Of a stretch of 64,000 bases of DNA, positions 42,659 through 54,175 are shown piece by piece; positions within the stretch are counted from its first letter, which is position 1; every line of letters starts with the position of its first letter. The notes under the pieces were generated by a model. It was not told the origin of the DNA. It ran no database searches and worked only from the letters and a program-made list of their open reading frames with translations. The position numbers and the translations under genes were made by a program. This DNA is from Planctomycetaceae bacterium. Its GTDB lineage: Bacteria; Planctomycetota; Planctomycetia; Planctomycetales; Planctomycetaceae. The stretch is from contig OMIV01000143.1 of assembly GCA_900299185.1 (NCBI GenBank), forward strand, positions 6,688-70,687, in the 5' to 3' direction.

Positions 42659-44608
42659 ATGAAAGTCTGGTTCAACAAAGTCCATGAAAGCCGGCGGCAA
42701 AGCATCGACACCGAGCACCCCGAGATCTCGATTGGTCGCGATCGTGGCAACGTGCTCGTGCTGCAAAGCCCAATGGTCTCTAAACGGCAAGCGATAGTGC
42801 GACGGGACGACGGGCAACTCGTTCTGCAGAACATTGGCATCAATAGCTGCATGGTCGGCGATACCGAAGTCATGGGCGGGGATTCGGTGCAGTTTGCAGC
42901 CGGCGAAACCGTCCGCATTGGCCCGTTCACTCTGACCTTCGAGTCCGATGAAGCGGCACCAATCAGTCGAGCTGAGTTGGAAGCACACCTGCGTTCGATC
43001 ATGGCTGACCTGGAATTGAAGGTGCATCGCAAGTTGCTCGCGCGGTTCGATCTGTACGAACTCGAGACCAATCAACTCGGCGATACGAACAGCATCCTGT
43101 TACTCGAACGCCATATCGAAGACGTCTGCCGCGAACTCAATTTGTTTGGCCCTGAGAACGACGCGCTCCTGGAAGAAGTCATTGGGCTCATCCTGCGCGA
43201 CCTCATGATCAATCAGCTCATCTTGGAGAGCGATCGCAATCAGCACGATTCGCTCGCGAAGCTGACATACAACGAATACGACGTTCCCCAGACGCTCGTG
43301 CCAGAGCGCGAGACCGAACTGCAAAGCTTGGTGCTCTTCGTCCGCGAGCGCATTCAATTGGATGAGCAGCCCGATCTCAGCTCGCAAATTCAGAGAGTGG
43401 AATACAAGTTCGGCGACGTCTTCCCGCTGGTCCGTCCGCACCTGCATAAGGAGCTGCGGCGTTATGTCATTCTGCGGCGATTGAAGAAGGATCTCAAAGA
43501 CACGGTCTTCGGTTTTGGACCGCTGCAAGACTTATTACGTGCCCCGACGATCTCTGAAATAATGGTCGTGAAGAGCGATCAGATTTACGTCGAACGCGAA
43601 GGCGTGCTCGAACTCTCTGGACGTCGCTTCCTGTCAGACAAAGTCACTGAGTCGATCATCGAACGCATCGTCGCCGGAGTCGGTCGCCGTATCGATAAGA
43701 GTCAGCCGCTCGTCGATGCACGCTTGCCTGATGGCTCGCGCGTGAATGCGATCATCCCGCCGCTGGCAACGCGCGGCCCGTGCTTGACCATTCGAAAGTT
43801 TCCGGCGTTCCGCTTCACGATGGACGATCTCATTGAGCGTCGCAGCATCACCTCGGCAGCCGCGATGTTCTTGCGAGCGTGCGTTGTCGATAAGCAAAAC
43901 ATCCTCGTCAGCGGTGGTACGGGCACCGGTAAGACGACGATGCTGAATGTCTTGTCGAGCTTCATTCCGCATCGCGAACGCGTCGTTACGATCGAAGACA
44001 CGACGGAATTGCAATTACACCAAGATCACGTGGTGACTTTGGAAGCCAAGCATCGCAACGTCGAAGGCACTGGCGAATACACCATTCGAGATCTCGTGAA
44101 GAACGCACTGCGAATGCGGCCTGATCGCATCATCGTCGGCGAGTGTCGCGGCGGTGAGGCTCTCGACATGTTGCAGGCCATGAATACCGGTCACGACGGC
44201 TCGATGACTACCATTCACGCCAATAGTACCGAAGATGTTTTGAAGCGGCTGGAAGTCCTCGTCTTGATGGCCGTTGATCTGCCAGTGGTCTCGATTCAAC
44301 GCCAGACAGCATCGGCGATCGACATCGTCGTGCAGATTGAACGCAAGCCGGGCGGTCGCCGCATCGTGACTCAAATCTCAGAGATCGCGGGCTTCGATCA
44401 AGACCGCAATGAACTCATCGTGCACGACATCTTCAACGAGCGCAATGGTTCGTCGCTGCAGCCGACCGGCTATATGCCGACGTTCGTTGAATCCCTGATG
44501 GAGAAGGGCTTGCTCAAACTGGAATTCCTCTACGGTCAGACCGAACGGTTCGTGCCAGAAGAAGAGGCTCAGCAACCAGTTCGCATGCCCGCGCGACAGC
44601 GAACTTGA
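42659..44608 (+). CDS. FHA-domain fused CpaF/TadA-family (VirB11-like) secretion ATPase
   Basis: ATG at 42659 (MKVWFNKVH). FHA-like N-terminus ([46 protein letters not shown]...RIGPFTLTF, nt ~42659-42943). Walker A is [10 protein letters not shown] (~43912-43938). CpaF blocks: [39 protein letters not shown]. Confidence 0.88.
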   Translation: MKVWFNKVHESRRQSIDTEHPEISIGRDRGNVLVLQSPMVSKRQAIVRRDDGQLVLQNIGINSCMVGDTEVMGGDSVQFAAGETVRIGPFTLTFESDEAAPISRAELEAHLRSIMADLELKVHRKLLARFDLYELETNQLGDTNSILLLERHIEDVCRELNLFGPENDALLEEVIGLILRDLMINQLILESDRNQHDSLAKLTYNEYDVPQTLVPERETELQSLVLFVRERIQLDEQPDLSSQIQRVEYKFGDVFPLVRPHLHKELRRYVILRRLKKDLKDTVFGFGPLQDLLRAPTISEIMVVKSDQIYVEREGVLELSGRRFLSDKVTESIIERIVAGVGRRIDKSQPLVDARLPDGSRVNAIIPPLATRGPCLTIRKFPAFRFTMDDLIERRSITSAAAMFLRACVVDKQNILVSGGTGTGKTTMLNVLSSFIPHRERVVTIEDTTELQLHQDHVVTLEAKHRNVEGTGEYTIRDLVKNALRMRPDRIIVGECRGGEALDMLQAMNTGHDGSMTTIHANSTEDVLKRLEVLVLMAVDLPVVSIQRQTASAIDIVVQIERKPGGRRIVTQISEIAGFDQDRNELIVHDIFNERNGSSLQPTGYMPTFVESLMEKGLLKLEFLYGQTERFVPEEEAQQPVRMPARQRT

Positions 44609-44674
44609 TGGCTCAATTGGCTGATCGCAGACCTCTCACTGGCTCTTTCACTTCGACTTGCTTGCTGAATCACG

Positions 44675-45772
44675 ATGCCCATCTCTGCCCCCGAACGTAC
44701 TCACCCCAGACCCGCGTTTCCTCCACCAGTGCATTACGGCCCATTGCGTTTGGTCAGCCGCTATTTGCTCTCGCCCCTTGCCGGTTTCACGACGTTGCCG
44801 TTTCGACGCATCGTCCGCCAGATCGGAGGAGTAGGGCTGGCGACTACGGATCTCATCAGTGCGGCGGCGTTGCTGCATCTCAATGAGAAGACCTTGCGGA
44901 TGATCGAGACGTGCGATGAAGACAAGCCATTCGCCGTGCAGATCTTTGGAGCCGACCCGCAGATGATGGTGGATGCCGCTCAGATGTTGACCGAGCGCGG
45001 AGCAGATTCGATCGACATCAACATGGGCTGCCCGGTGAATCGCATTGCGGGATCAGGTGCCGGGGCAGGCATGATGTGCCAACGCGATGCCACCTTTGAT
45101 TTGGTGCGGCGAGTCGTCGAAGCCGTCTCGTTGCCAGTCACCGTGAAGATGAGATTGGGTTGGGATGACCAATCACTGACCGCGCCCGAGTTCGCTCGAG
45201 AGTTCGAACAGCTCGGCGTTGCAGCCATCGCGATCCACGGTCGCACTCGAGCACAAGGTTTCTCGGGTACCGTGAATCTCGACGGCATCCGGCAAGTCGT
45301 ACAAGCCGTGAATCGCATTCCCGTCATTGGCAACGGCGACATTCGCAGCATCGCTGACGCCGCGCGAATGCTGGAAGTCACAGGTTGCCAAGGAGTGTCG
45401 ATCGGCCGCGGAGCACTCGCCAATCCGTGGTTCTTCAAGCAGCTCACACAGTGGGAAGAGACCGGCGGTTGGGATCCACCGGGCTCGTTTGAAGACCGGC
45501 TCGAACTCATGCAACGACAGTTTGGATACCTCGAAGCTCAATGGGGCTTTGCCCGAGCGATCACGCGTTTCCGCAAGATGGGCCATTGGTATTTGAAGTT
45601 CATGCGAGTGAACTCGTCCTTGCGCGACCAGTTTCAAAAGGCGGCTACTCGCGAGCAATTCGACGCGGCGATGGCTCGCATCAACGAAGTCGGCCCGGTG
45701 GGAGGACACCGCACCGGCGTGCTGCCCGACATGCACATCCCGGTGCCTGCCGGGCCGGTCGATCGCTGGTGA
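44675..45772 (+). CDS. dus: tRNA-dihydrouridine synthase
   Basis: 365 aa. Dus motifs: LSPLAGFTTLPFRRIV, FAVQIFGADP, IDINMGCPV (catalytic Cys), VTVKMRLGW, IAIHGRTR, PVIGNGDI. Confidence 0.9.
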   Translation: MPISAPERTHPRPAFPPPVHYGPLRLVSRYLLSPLAGFTTLPFRRIVRQIGGVGLATTDLISAAALLHLNEKTLRMIETCDEDKPFAVQIFGADPQMMVDAAQMLTERGADSIDINMGCPVNRIAGSGAGAGMMCQRDATFDLVRRVVEAVSLPVTVKMRLGWDDQSLTAPEFAREFEQLGVAAIAIHGRTRAQGFSGTVNLDGIRQVVQAVNRIPVIGNGDIRSIADAARMLEVTGCQGVSIGRGALANPWFFKQLTQWEETGGWDPPGSFEDRLELMQRQFGYLEAQWGFARAITRFRKMGHWYLKFMRVNSSLRDQFQKAATREQFDAAMARINEVGPVGGHRTGVLPDMHIPVPAGPVDRW

Positions 45773-45897
45773 TCTCGTCTTGTTGGGTTTTGCCGAAGCG
45801 CCGTAAATTCGCCCGATAGACCCGCGCCGTTCGATCGGTGCTTTCACTTCGTCGGCATTCCCGAGCATTGCTCGATCGCGAACAGAGAATTCGTCTT

Positions 45898-47142
45898 ATG
45901 CAAACAAGGAAGTTGCATCAGATCTTCGCCTATTTGGCTCTGATCTTTATTTGCTGGCCATGCTTTCGACCGCTGGAAGCCAGTCTCAGCTTCGGCGACG
46001 TCTTCTTGGTACTCGCAGCAGCGATGAACCTGCAGCACTTCGGCAAGCTGAAACCATTCCATGTCCTGCTCTTGTCCTCGGTGCCCACGATCATCCTGAC
46101 CCAAGTCTTCGATCCTGATGGTTCGCCCGAGGCGGTCATTCAAGCGGCGTACATCTTTGGCTTTGTGTTGCCATTCGGTTGGATTGCCTTCGTCGGCATT
46201 CCGGTGCATCGAGTCGTAACCGTCTTGTTGATGTCTGAAGGAGTCAGCTCGCTGATTGCGCTTGGTCAGACGTTTGGCTTCTTGGAAGCGTTTGGTCGCG
46301 CCCGCGTGTGGGGCACTTTGGATGCTTATCGAGCTGCCGGGTTTAACACGTCATGCAGCGGTCTATGCATGAATCTAACCTCGATGTTCTGCTTGCTCTT
46401 GTATGTTCGCGAACAACGCATGCGGGTGGTGATGTTGTCACTGCTCTTGATTGGACTGGTCGCGACGATGGCCAAGTCGACCATCTTCGCGATCCCTGCC
46501 ATCCTGTTTTACCTCTACTGGGAACCCAATCGCTGGAAAGTGATTGCTCGCTTTGGTGGGCTTGCGACAGTTCTCGCCCTGGTTGTTGTTTTCTCCCCCA
46601 CCCTGCAGTTGAAGATCGAAAACGTGATCGCCAGCGTGACCCGACGAGCTGACGGTTTGGATTTCTCGATGTACGAGCGGCTGTCGACAGTGCGCTATGC
46701 CTTAGAGTTTGTGCCCGAGTGTTACATCGTTGGTCTGGGCTACGAGGGCACGGCCATGACGTTAACTCAGCACCTCGGCAACACGGTGCACGTCTTTCAT
46801 ATCGGTATCGTGTTGATCGGCGGCCTTGTGGGAGCAGTGCTGCATTACGCCGGATATGGATTGATGCTGCGCGACGCCACCAAGCTCAAACACTACCCGC
46901 TTGTCGTGCTGGTGTTCTCTCACTGGCTATCAGTGTGCACGATGCCGGTGCTGATGCTCTCGAATCAATACATCCCACTCATTATGTGCGGAGTCATCTT
47001 GTTTGCGGTTTCTGAGCAAGCGGAGTTCGACGAAATGAAAGCTCAATTCGAAGCCAAACGCCGCCAAGCGGCGGCTGCTCGCCAACCTCGCAAAGCCGTC
47101 GTGCCGGCAACGCTTCCGACTCCAGCACAAGCCATGAGTTAG
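45898..47142 (+). CDS. polytopic membrane protein, O-antigen ligase/polymerase (Wzy_C)-like
   Basis: ATG at 45898 (MQTRKLHQIFAYLALIFICW). About 10 hydrophobic helices and a charged C-terminal tail. The family assignment rests on topology and general resemblance only. Confidence 0.5.
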   Translation: MQTRKLHQIFAYLALIFICWPCFRPLEASLSFGDVFLVLAAAMNLQHFGKLKPFHVLLLSSVPTIILTQVFDPDGSPEAVIQAAYIFGFVLPFGWIAFVGIPVHRVVTVLLMSEGVSSLIALGQTFGFLEAFGRARVWGTLDAYRAAGFNTSCSGLCMNLTSMFCLLLYVREQRMRVVMLSLLLIGLVATMAKSTIFAIPAILFYLYWEPNRWKVIARFGGLATVLALVVVFSPTLQLKIENVIASVTRRADGLDFSMYERLSTVRYALEFVPECYIVGLGYEGTAMTLTQHLGNTVHVFHIGIVLIGGLVGAVLHYAGYGLMLRDATKLKHYPLVVLVFSHWLSVCTMPVLMLSNQYIPLIMCGVILFAVSEQAEFDEMKAQFEAKRRQAAAARQPRKAVVPATLPTPAQAMS

Positions 47143-47242
47143 CACTTAGCGAGTGACTGCAGCACAAGATGCGAAGTCACGACGAGCAAACTCGCGATCC
47201 GTTTCAGCAAGCTTCTCGACACTTCGCAGCATGGAAGAACGG

Positions 47243-48391
47243 CTACTTAGCTTCATTAGCAGGCTCGGTCTTGTCTGTCTTGCTGACGATCAGCTCGACG
47301 AGCACTTCCGAGCCTCTTGGTGGCAATCGTTCGTGCCACGCCTCGAAGCTCAGCGACTCGTTGCCGTTGGCCGAACTTTCTACTGCGACGTCGATCATGG
47401 CAGTCGAAAAGTTCGCCACACAGATCACATAACCGCCCTCAGCCAGATACTTCTTTCCGTTCTCGGCTTCGTCGCTAAAGCCGCTGCCCACGAAGACAAA
47501 GTCCGCATTAGTTTCTCGTGGCAGACCTTCTTCATAGAAGCGATTGATCGTGGCTCGGTACTTCTTGTCCGCACTGAGCTTCAACAAACTCGTGCGTTCT
47601 TCGATCGACATCGGTCCGTACCAGATGAGGAACTTGTTGACCGGGTCATAGCGCAAGTTGCTGTCGTCAGGAATCTTCAAGCTCGGCGGCAACTCCTCAA
47701 ACTTCTCTTCATGGAAGCGATCGCGCGAATGGCGAATCCACTGCTGAGCCGACATGCGATGCACGTTTTGAGCGGTGTCGACCCAATGCACGAAGACCTC
47801 AATCTTGTCGCCCGAAGGTGGTGAGTACTCCGGGCTGAACTTCACTGGCTGACCTTCCTTCGCCCCTAATGCCACCAGCCCGCCATGAATCGTGTAAGCC
47901 TCGGAGTCGATCGTCAGAATGGACTCGTGCTCTTTGGTTTGTTTGAGGCACAAGAACATTTCGAGCGGACCGCGCGTCAAACACACCTTTGTCTTGAGAA
48001 GCACTCGCTTGCCGGTGAAGTCCAACAACACCGTGCCTTGAGGATTCAACGGTGTGAGCTTGGCCCCCTCCAATAAGTCAGCCGGCAGCTTGGTTGGTGG
48101 TAGTTCTTTGCCATTGGGAGCGACTGAAGGCGCTGGCTCACCCGGCGGCGTCGCGACTTGAGCTGTGGCAGGGGAGTTTTTGGAATCCGCGTCCGACGGC
48201 ATTGGTTCGGTCGGAGCTGGTTGCTCGGTCGTCTTCATTGTGGCCGTTGAGCCTGCAACTGCCGATGGGGACTCGGCCTTCGTAGCTGGCGAGGCAACTT
48301 CTGTCGGCGTCGGTTTCGATTCACCGCAGCCCACAACAAGGCACAACCAAGTGAGGCTGAAGGCAGTCGCGAGATTCCAACACATACGCAT
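47243..48391 (-). CDS. lipoprotein of unknown function (possibly YdjY-domain-like)
   Basis: Start chosen at ATG 48391: MRMCWNLATAFSLTWLCLVVGCGES, with lipobox LVVGC. A Pro/Thr/Ala-rich linker follows, then a globular region with GPLEMFLCLKQTKEHESILT...TIHGGLVALGAKEGQPV. The resemblance to the YdjY family is recalled from memory and unverified. Confidence 0.7.
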   Translation of the reverse strand: MRMCWNLATAFSLTWLCLVVGCGESKPTPTEVASPATKAESPSAVAGSTATMKTTEQPAPTEPMPSDADSKNSPATAQVATPPGEPAPSVAPNGKELPPTKLPADLLEGAKLTPLNPQGTVLLDFTGKRVLLKTKVCLTRGPLEMFLCLKQTKEHESILTIDSEAYTIHGGLVALGAKEGQPVKFSPEYSPPSGDKIEVFVHWVDTAQNVHRMSAQQWIRHSRDRFHEEKFEELPPSLKIPDDSNLRYDPVNKFLIWYGPMSIEERTSLLKLSADKKYRATINRFYEEGLPRETNADFVFVGSGFSDEAENGKKYLAEGGYVICVANFSTAMIDVAVESSANGNESLSFEAWHERLPPRGSEVLVELIVSKTDKTEPANEAK

Positions 48392-48493
48392 GACACGGCT
48401 CCGAGTAAGCGAACTTCGTTCGAGACGAGGAAGTGATTGGAACGAATTCACTTCGTTTGAGCACCTTGGTAACCGGACAAAGTTTGCACGACT

Positions 48494-48580
48494 TCGGTCG
48501 AGTCTTGCGCACTCAGTCACTGAGCGTCTGAGCTACGTAGGCGAGTCGCTCTGCGAGTCGCAGAATCAAAATCAATGTCG
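48494..48580 (+). repeat. palindromic intergenic repeat family R2, copy 2
   Basis: actcagtcactgagcgtctgagctacgtaggcgagtcgctctgcgagtcgcagaatcaaaatca (48511-48574) aligns with 6911-6974 with a few substitutions. It lies just 3' of the mgsA stop (48588) and 5' of the lipoprotein gene. Confidence 0.8.
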
Positions 48581-48587
48581 GGACACG

Positions 48588-49016
48588 TCACGGTCTCTGA
48601 GCTTTGAGTTGAATGACGACGGCCTCAGCAGTGGCCAGATTGGTCGCCAGCGGAATGCGATGCACATCGCAGACTCGCATTAAGGCCGAGACATCGGGCT
48701 CATGCGGCTGAGCGGTCAAAGGATCTCGAAAGAAGAGCACCGCTTTGACATGTCCTTCAGCGACTCGGCCACCAATCACCAGGTCGCCGCCTTCGGGACC
48801 ATGCACGACACGTTCGACAGTCAGCCCCAATTCATCCGCCAATCGTTTGCCTGTCTGGCCAGTCGCCACGAGACGTTGATGTCGGAAGAATTCCACATAG
48901 CGACCAATGAACTCAATGAGTTCCTGCTTGCGAGCATCGTGCGCAATGAGAGCAATCACAGTCTTTGGCTCCAGGCATGAGCGATGAGGCCAACCGACTG
49001 ATGAGTACGTCGTCAT
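48588..49016 (-). CDS. mgsA: methylglyoxal synthase
   Basis: Start chosen at ATG 49016 (142 aa). MgsA blocks: IALIAHDARK, LVATGQTG, HGPEGGDLVIG, VLFFRDPLTAQPHEPDVSALMRVCDVHRIPLATNLATA. Confidence 0.9.
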   Translation of the reverse strand: MTTYSSVGWPHRSCLEPKTVIALIAHDARKQELIEFIGRYVEFFRHQRLVATGQTGKRLADELGLTVERVVHGPEGGDLVIGGRVAEGHVKAVLFFRDPLTAQPHEPDVSALMRVCDVHRIPLATNLATAEAVVIQLKAQRP

Positions 49017-49160
49017 CACCGTCTCGATTGCCTCGTCAATGACGCGACCATGGTATGTGAAGCGATCAGAAATCGAGACCATCCAAAAGCAAACAGAGGT
49101 GGCATGTTCGACTCTTTGAATCGAACGCGCCACCTCTGTTAGGTCGATCAAGAACTAATC

Positions 49161-50939
49161 TCAGTTTGTAGAAGGCACACCAGGCAGCAATCGCAGTGGC
49201 CGATTGGCAGCGATCTGGCGGAAGGCGTCCTTAAGGTTGGCTTCGTACTCAGCAAAGGTGGCCCCACCGGGAACCGAGAAGTGCAAGCCGCCCGTGATGT
49301 CAGCAATCTGTTGCATCAACGAGGTGTCGGCATCGGCACCGACGCTGACAGTCATCACGCGGATCTTGGAGTTCTTGCAGAGTGTGGCTTCATCGAGTGC
49401 CGCCTGTGTGGGATTAGTTCCACCCAAATTCGGCAGACCGTCAGTCATCAACACGATCATGCGATAAGCCATCGGTCGGGAATTCTGTTCGAGCTCCAAC
49501 CGAGCGACTTGCAGACCAGCCTTGATGTTTGTGCCGCCCGTGTAATGCCCCGCCTGTCGTTGCCGATACAGAGTCTTCACCGAGCTGAGATTGTCGGTCA
49601 GCCCACTCTCTTTGATGGCTCCGGTAGAGTTGGTATGCGAGTAGATCGAAAGTCCGATTCGGTCGTCGGCCTCAACATCCGCGATGTAGTCCACCAGCGT
49701 GTCCGAAGCATTCTTCACCATCGTCACTGGCTGTGCCGAACACACCCACATACCAGGGCTACTGGAGGCCGTCGGATATGTCTCCATCCAATAGTTGATG
49801 AGGCACATGATGCCATACTTGTACCGGAACCCGGCCGTATTCACGTAACTGCTCGTGTTGACGTAGTTCACGAATTCCAGCCACGAGCCACCGGGGTGCG
49901 GGTACGTCCCCAAGCCCAACTTGGTGACGATGTCGCTATCAGCGAAGTTGAATTTCTCACCCCAAGCTTCCGTCGAGAGATTCGTGTTGGTGCCCGATAA
50001 GACCCACACGTTGGTGATGCGCTTGTTGTTGTTGGAACCACTCCCTTGGAAGGTGCCTGTCGTGCCGCTGAGGCTGCTGAAAGTTTGCGTGTTGTTGTTG
50101 GAGAACTTGAGCCGCACCGTCGTCAGATTCATCGTCGATGTCACAGAGGCTTGGGTGCCTTTAAACGTGACCGAGATGTGAGGAATCGTGCCGCTCGCCG
50201 CGACGCCCTGTGACGTCAGGTACGACGGAGTAAACGGCATGCTGCCATATGCTGGGCTGCCGAGGTCTTGCCACATCTGCGTGATCGCGTTGGTCACCAC
50301 CGACTGTCCCAACACAGGGATCTGCTGGAATTCGGTGTCGTCATTCATGGATGCCGAAAAGTCCAAGCACAGCATCATGTCGCGTGGCTGGAAGGTTGCG
50401 ATGGATGTCGAGTTCAAGCTGGCTGTGTCATTGCCCATAGCCGGAGCGAAGAACAACGGCAGGCGACGATCCGTGGCTGTCTGGCCGTTGGACACAACAT
50501 CCAATCGACCATCAACTCTCACGATGTTGTAGGGTTGGTAGGCGGCTCCCCATTGATACACGAACTTTTGCTGAGCCACGTTCCATTCTTGTCGCCCCAA
50601 TTGAATGTCGACATCGGGATCAAGAACTAAGCCGGGATTGGTGCCGACGCGATTCAAAGCCGCAATCTCCATGACAGCATTCTTCACGTTCTGAGCAACG
50701 AGCGTTTGATCGCCGTTGCAGTCTAACTCCATCGCCCCCGCCAGCGTGGCTGCATCAACTGCGTTTTGAAGCTGCGACTTCACAACGGCGATGTAGCCGA
50801 TGTCGATCGTGAAGGCGGCGAATCCAATCATGGCAACCAGTAACGCTGCACTTAGCAGCATCACGTTGCCTCGACGGAGTCCGTGCGAGAAAGAATTCTT
50901 CAGAGTGAAAGCGCTGCGCATGATCGAACCTCGTGGCAT
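49161..50939 (-). CDS. TadG/TadE-like N-terminal domain plus von Willebrand factor A domain protein
   Basis: 592 aa (alternative ATG at 50921). Tad_N-type anchor: [49 protein letters not shown]. vWA MIDAS motif [15 protein letters not shown], plus [15 protein letters not shown] and [13 protein letters not shown]. Confidence 0.8.
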   Translation of the reverse strand: MPRGSIMRSAFTLKNSFSHGLRRGNVMLLSAALLVAMIGFAAFTIDIGYIAVVKSQLQNAVDAATLAGAMELDCNGDQTLVAQNVKNAVMEIAALNRVGTNPGLVLDPDVDIQLGRQEWNVAQQKFVYQWGAAYQPYNIVRVDGRLDVVSNGQTATDRRLPLFFAPAMGNDTASLNSTSIATFQPRDMMLCLDFSASMNDDTEFQQIPVLGQSVVTNAITQMWQDLGSPAYGSMPFTPSYLTSQGVAASGTIPHISVTFKGTQASVTSTMNLTTVRLKFSNNNTQTFSSLSGTTGTFQGSGSNNNKRITNVWVLSGTNTNLSTEAWGEKFNFADSDIVTKLGLGTYPHPGGSWLEFVNYVNTSSYVNTAGFRYKYGIMCLINYWMETYPTASSSPGMWVCSAQPVTMVKNASDTLVDYIADVEADDRIGLSIYSHTNSTGAIKESGLTDNLSSVKTLYRQRQAGHYTGGTNIKAGLQVARLELEQNSRPMAYRMIVLMTDGLPNLGGTNPTQAALDEATLCKNSKIRVMTVSVGADADTSLMQQIADITGGLHFSVPGGATFAEYEANLKDAFRQIAANRPLRLLPGVPSTN

Positions 50940-51032
50940 GCAAGCAATGGTTTCGATTCGGCCCGACGGTTAGTACTGTCCCGCGCGTTCACGGCGAGAC
51001 TTCATCTTCGTTCGCAGCAGCAAGGAGCCCAC

Positions 51033-51371
51033 ATGGCGACCATCTTTCAGAAGATCATCGACAAGCAGATTCCGGCAGACATCGTCTATGAGGACGATCA
51101 ATGCCTGGCCTTCCGCGATATCAATCCTCAAGCGCCAACTCACGTACTGGTGATCCCCAAGCGCGAGATCAAATCGATCGACGCACTAAGCCCCAGCGAC
51201 GGACCGCTCATCGGACACTTGTTTGTGGTCGTTCGCCAGATCGCTCAACAACTCGGGCTGAGCGATGGCTATCGCACCGTCATCAACTGCGGACGGGACG
51301 GGGGGCAATCGGTGGACCACATTCACATTCACCTGCTCGCGGGACGTTCGCTGAGCTGGCCGCCGGGCTAA
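51033..51371 (+). CDS. HIT-family (histidine triad nucleotide-binding) protein
   Basis: ATG at 51033 gives [43 protein letters not shown]... It carries the histidine triad VDHIHIHLL. 112 aa. Confidence 0.9.
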   Translation: MATIFQKIIDKQIPADIVYEDDQCLAFRDINPQAPTHVLVIPKREIKSIDALSPSDGPLIGHLFVVVRQIAQQLGLSDGYRTVINCGRDGGQSVDHIHIHLLAGRSLSWPPG

Positions 51372-51704
51372 TGAAGCGGCTGATTTGCAGCATTTCGGCA
51401 AGTGTTTCATCCAGCATACGGCGATTGCCTGCGGGGTTCTCAACCTCTGTCGTTGTTGCCTCTGGGCATCGCGAATGTTGCCGCGCCGCAACATGTGGCG
51501 AAGAGGCTGCATCTCGGTCATAGCCGGAGTTCTCATTGAGCCAGCTACAGAAGACAGGAGTCTGAAAGGTTCACAACCGAGGTCGCATCAACACCGCCGC
51601 CTCGCGAAACGAAGCGCACGCACTCGAGCCGCGTGAGCTCGGGATGAGTTCTTCCATGAGACATCGCGAGGCGAGTCTCCCGACTTCGACATCTCCAAAA
51701 CAAA

Positions 51705-51742
51705 AGAGCGTCGTTCAGGCATTGCTGCCCGAACGACGCTCT
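51705..51742 (-). terminator. rho-independent terminator of gap
   Basis: 12-bp stem: agagcgtcgttc (51705-51716) pairs with gaacgacgctct (51731-51742). On the minus strand it is followed by tttgttttgg. It lies ~40 nt past the gap stop (51780). Confidence 0.8.
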
Positions 51743-51779
51743 TCATTTATGAGTCAGCCGCATTGCTGCGACTTATCAA

Positions 51780-52886
<1,107 letters not shown>

Positions 52887-53195
52887 TCAATAACGAAGAG
52901 ACGCGCGAAGTTCTTATGAGTGCATTCCGCGCGCAATTTGGGCTCAATCCCGGCAAAGGGCGGGATCGTAACAGCGCGACTTTGACCGTCAACGACGACG
53001 CTCGTGACTCCCTCAGTCGACTTGCTGACAAGCAGCATTTCTGCCACAACGGCAGGCGTTCTGAACTAATTCCATTCTTGCGGCGTCTTATCAACCTCAA
53101 CGGAGAGCGAGAGATACGTCGTCATAGCAAGAAATGGCACGTTCGCTGCACCCTGTGACGTGTTCTCTCCCCCAGCCAGCGAAGAGGTCACAATC

Positions 53196-53750
53196 ATGGT
53201 TACGAAATCTGCCCAACGCGTGATGCGGCGGCTGACCAAGGCCGAAGGCTACCTCGAACTTGGAATGCCCGACCAAGCGCTTCTCGAACTGAAGTCGATC
53301 GAAGACCCAGGACCATTTAGCGTCCCGCACCTTCTGATGACGGCCGCAGCACTAAAGGCTCAAGGCCGCACGGACGAGGCTTCCGAATCCTTGCGAAAAG
53401 TCGCGCAGAACTTGCCGAAGGTTTCCAGCCAAGAGGTGTGGATCTCGCTAGGAAAGTTCTTAAGCAAGATGAGCAAAGCCATTGAACCAGCAGATCTTGA
53501 AAAGATTCTCGACAGCGGTGGTTTGAAGCCATTGACCCTCGCAGTTGCGAAGATTGAACCCGAATCACAGTCCGAGACCGAAGAAGAAATCGACGAAGAC
53601 GAGATCCGCGTTGAGATCCCGAACTTCGGTAGCTTCTCAGTGAAAGTGGAACCCGGCCAGTCGTTGACAATCAAGATCGAGCGGCCCAGCGCCGCCCCTG
53701 AAGACGACAGCGATGATGATGAACTCGACGATGAGAAAGATGCTGCCTAA
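53196..53750 (+). CDS. hypothetical protein with acidic C-terminal tail
   Basis: ATG at 53196 (MVTKSAQRVMRRLTKAEGYLELGMPDQALLEL, TPR-like). The C-terminus is strongly acidic (SETEEEIDEDE...PEDDSDDDELDDEKDAA). No family recognised. Confidence 0.55.
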   Translation: MVTKSAQRVMRRLTKAEGYLELGMPDQALLELKSIEDPGPFSVPHLLMTAAALKAQGRTDEASESLRKVAQNLPKVSSQEVWISLGKFLSKMSKAIEPADLEKILDSGGLKPLTLAVAKIEPESQSETEEEIDEDEIRVEIPNFGSFSVKVEPGQSLTIKIERPSAAPEDDSDDDELDDEKDAA

Positions 53751-53784
53751 GCGTCGGTAACGACCGAAGCAATGCAGAAACAAA

Positions 53785-53812
53785 AAGGCCGTCCTCATTC
53801 GAGGACGGCCTT
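53785..53812. terminator. bidirectional rho-independent terminator
   Basis: Perfect 12-bp stem: aaggccgtcctc (53785-53796) pairs with gaggacggcctt (53801-53812), loop attc. An A-run lies upstream and ctttattt downstream. It sits between convergent stops at 53750 and 53840. Confidence 0.85.
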
Positions 53813-53839
53813 CTTTATTTCACAAGCGAAGCGCAAGAC

Positions 53840-54175
53840 TTACTTGCTGCCAGGCAGCTTGCCGTCCTTCAGGAGGTCGCCGAAGGTCTTGCCTTCGACA
53901 GCGCTCTTCTCGGACTCGATCTTGCCGAGAGCTTCGTCAATCTTCTTCTCGTCAGCTTCATTCTTACCAACAGCCTTGCCCAAAGCGTCGCCGTAGTTGT
54001 TCTTCTCTTTCTTCTCTTTGCCAGGATGGCAAACCGAGCAGTCAACCTTGTTGGCCTCAGCAACCTTTGGGTACTTCTTCTCGAAGGCACTCTTGTACTT
54101 CGGGCGAGCATCAGCCGAGCTGAAGGCCGAGGCCAAGAACATGCCGGCAACCGCGACCACAACGAGATTACGCAT
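53840..54175 (-). CDS. small secreted Lys/Glu-rich protein with a single CxxCH heme-c motif
   Basis: 111 aa with signal peptide MRNLVVVAVAGMFLASAFSSADA. Motif CSVCH. No Met or second His follows it. Highly charged (KEKKEKNNYGD, EADEKKIDEALGKIESEK). Confidence 0.6.
   Translation of the reverse strand: MRNLVVVAVAGMFLASAFSSADARPKYKSAFEKKYPKVAEANKVDCSVCHPGKEKKEKNNYGDALGKAVGKNEADEKKIDEALGKIESEKSAVEGKTFGDLLKDGKLPGSK

Noticed and set aside
47153-47824. 223-aa plus-strand ORF overlapping the lipoprotein gene
   Set aside because: The opposite-strand ORF has a lipobox signal peptide and a coherent domain structure. This one has no start context or motif and is most likely a shadow ORF.
42659-50939. 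A complete Tad/Flp pilus locus spanning the CpaF-like and TadG-like genes
   Set aside because: The intervening genes are dus, a Wzy-like membrane protein, a lipoprotein and mgsA. There is no Flp pilin, TadB/C, secretin or prepilin peptidase, and the two genes are on opposite strands.
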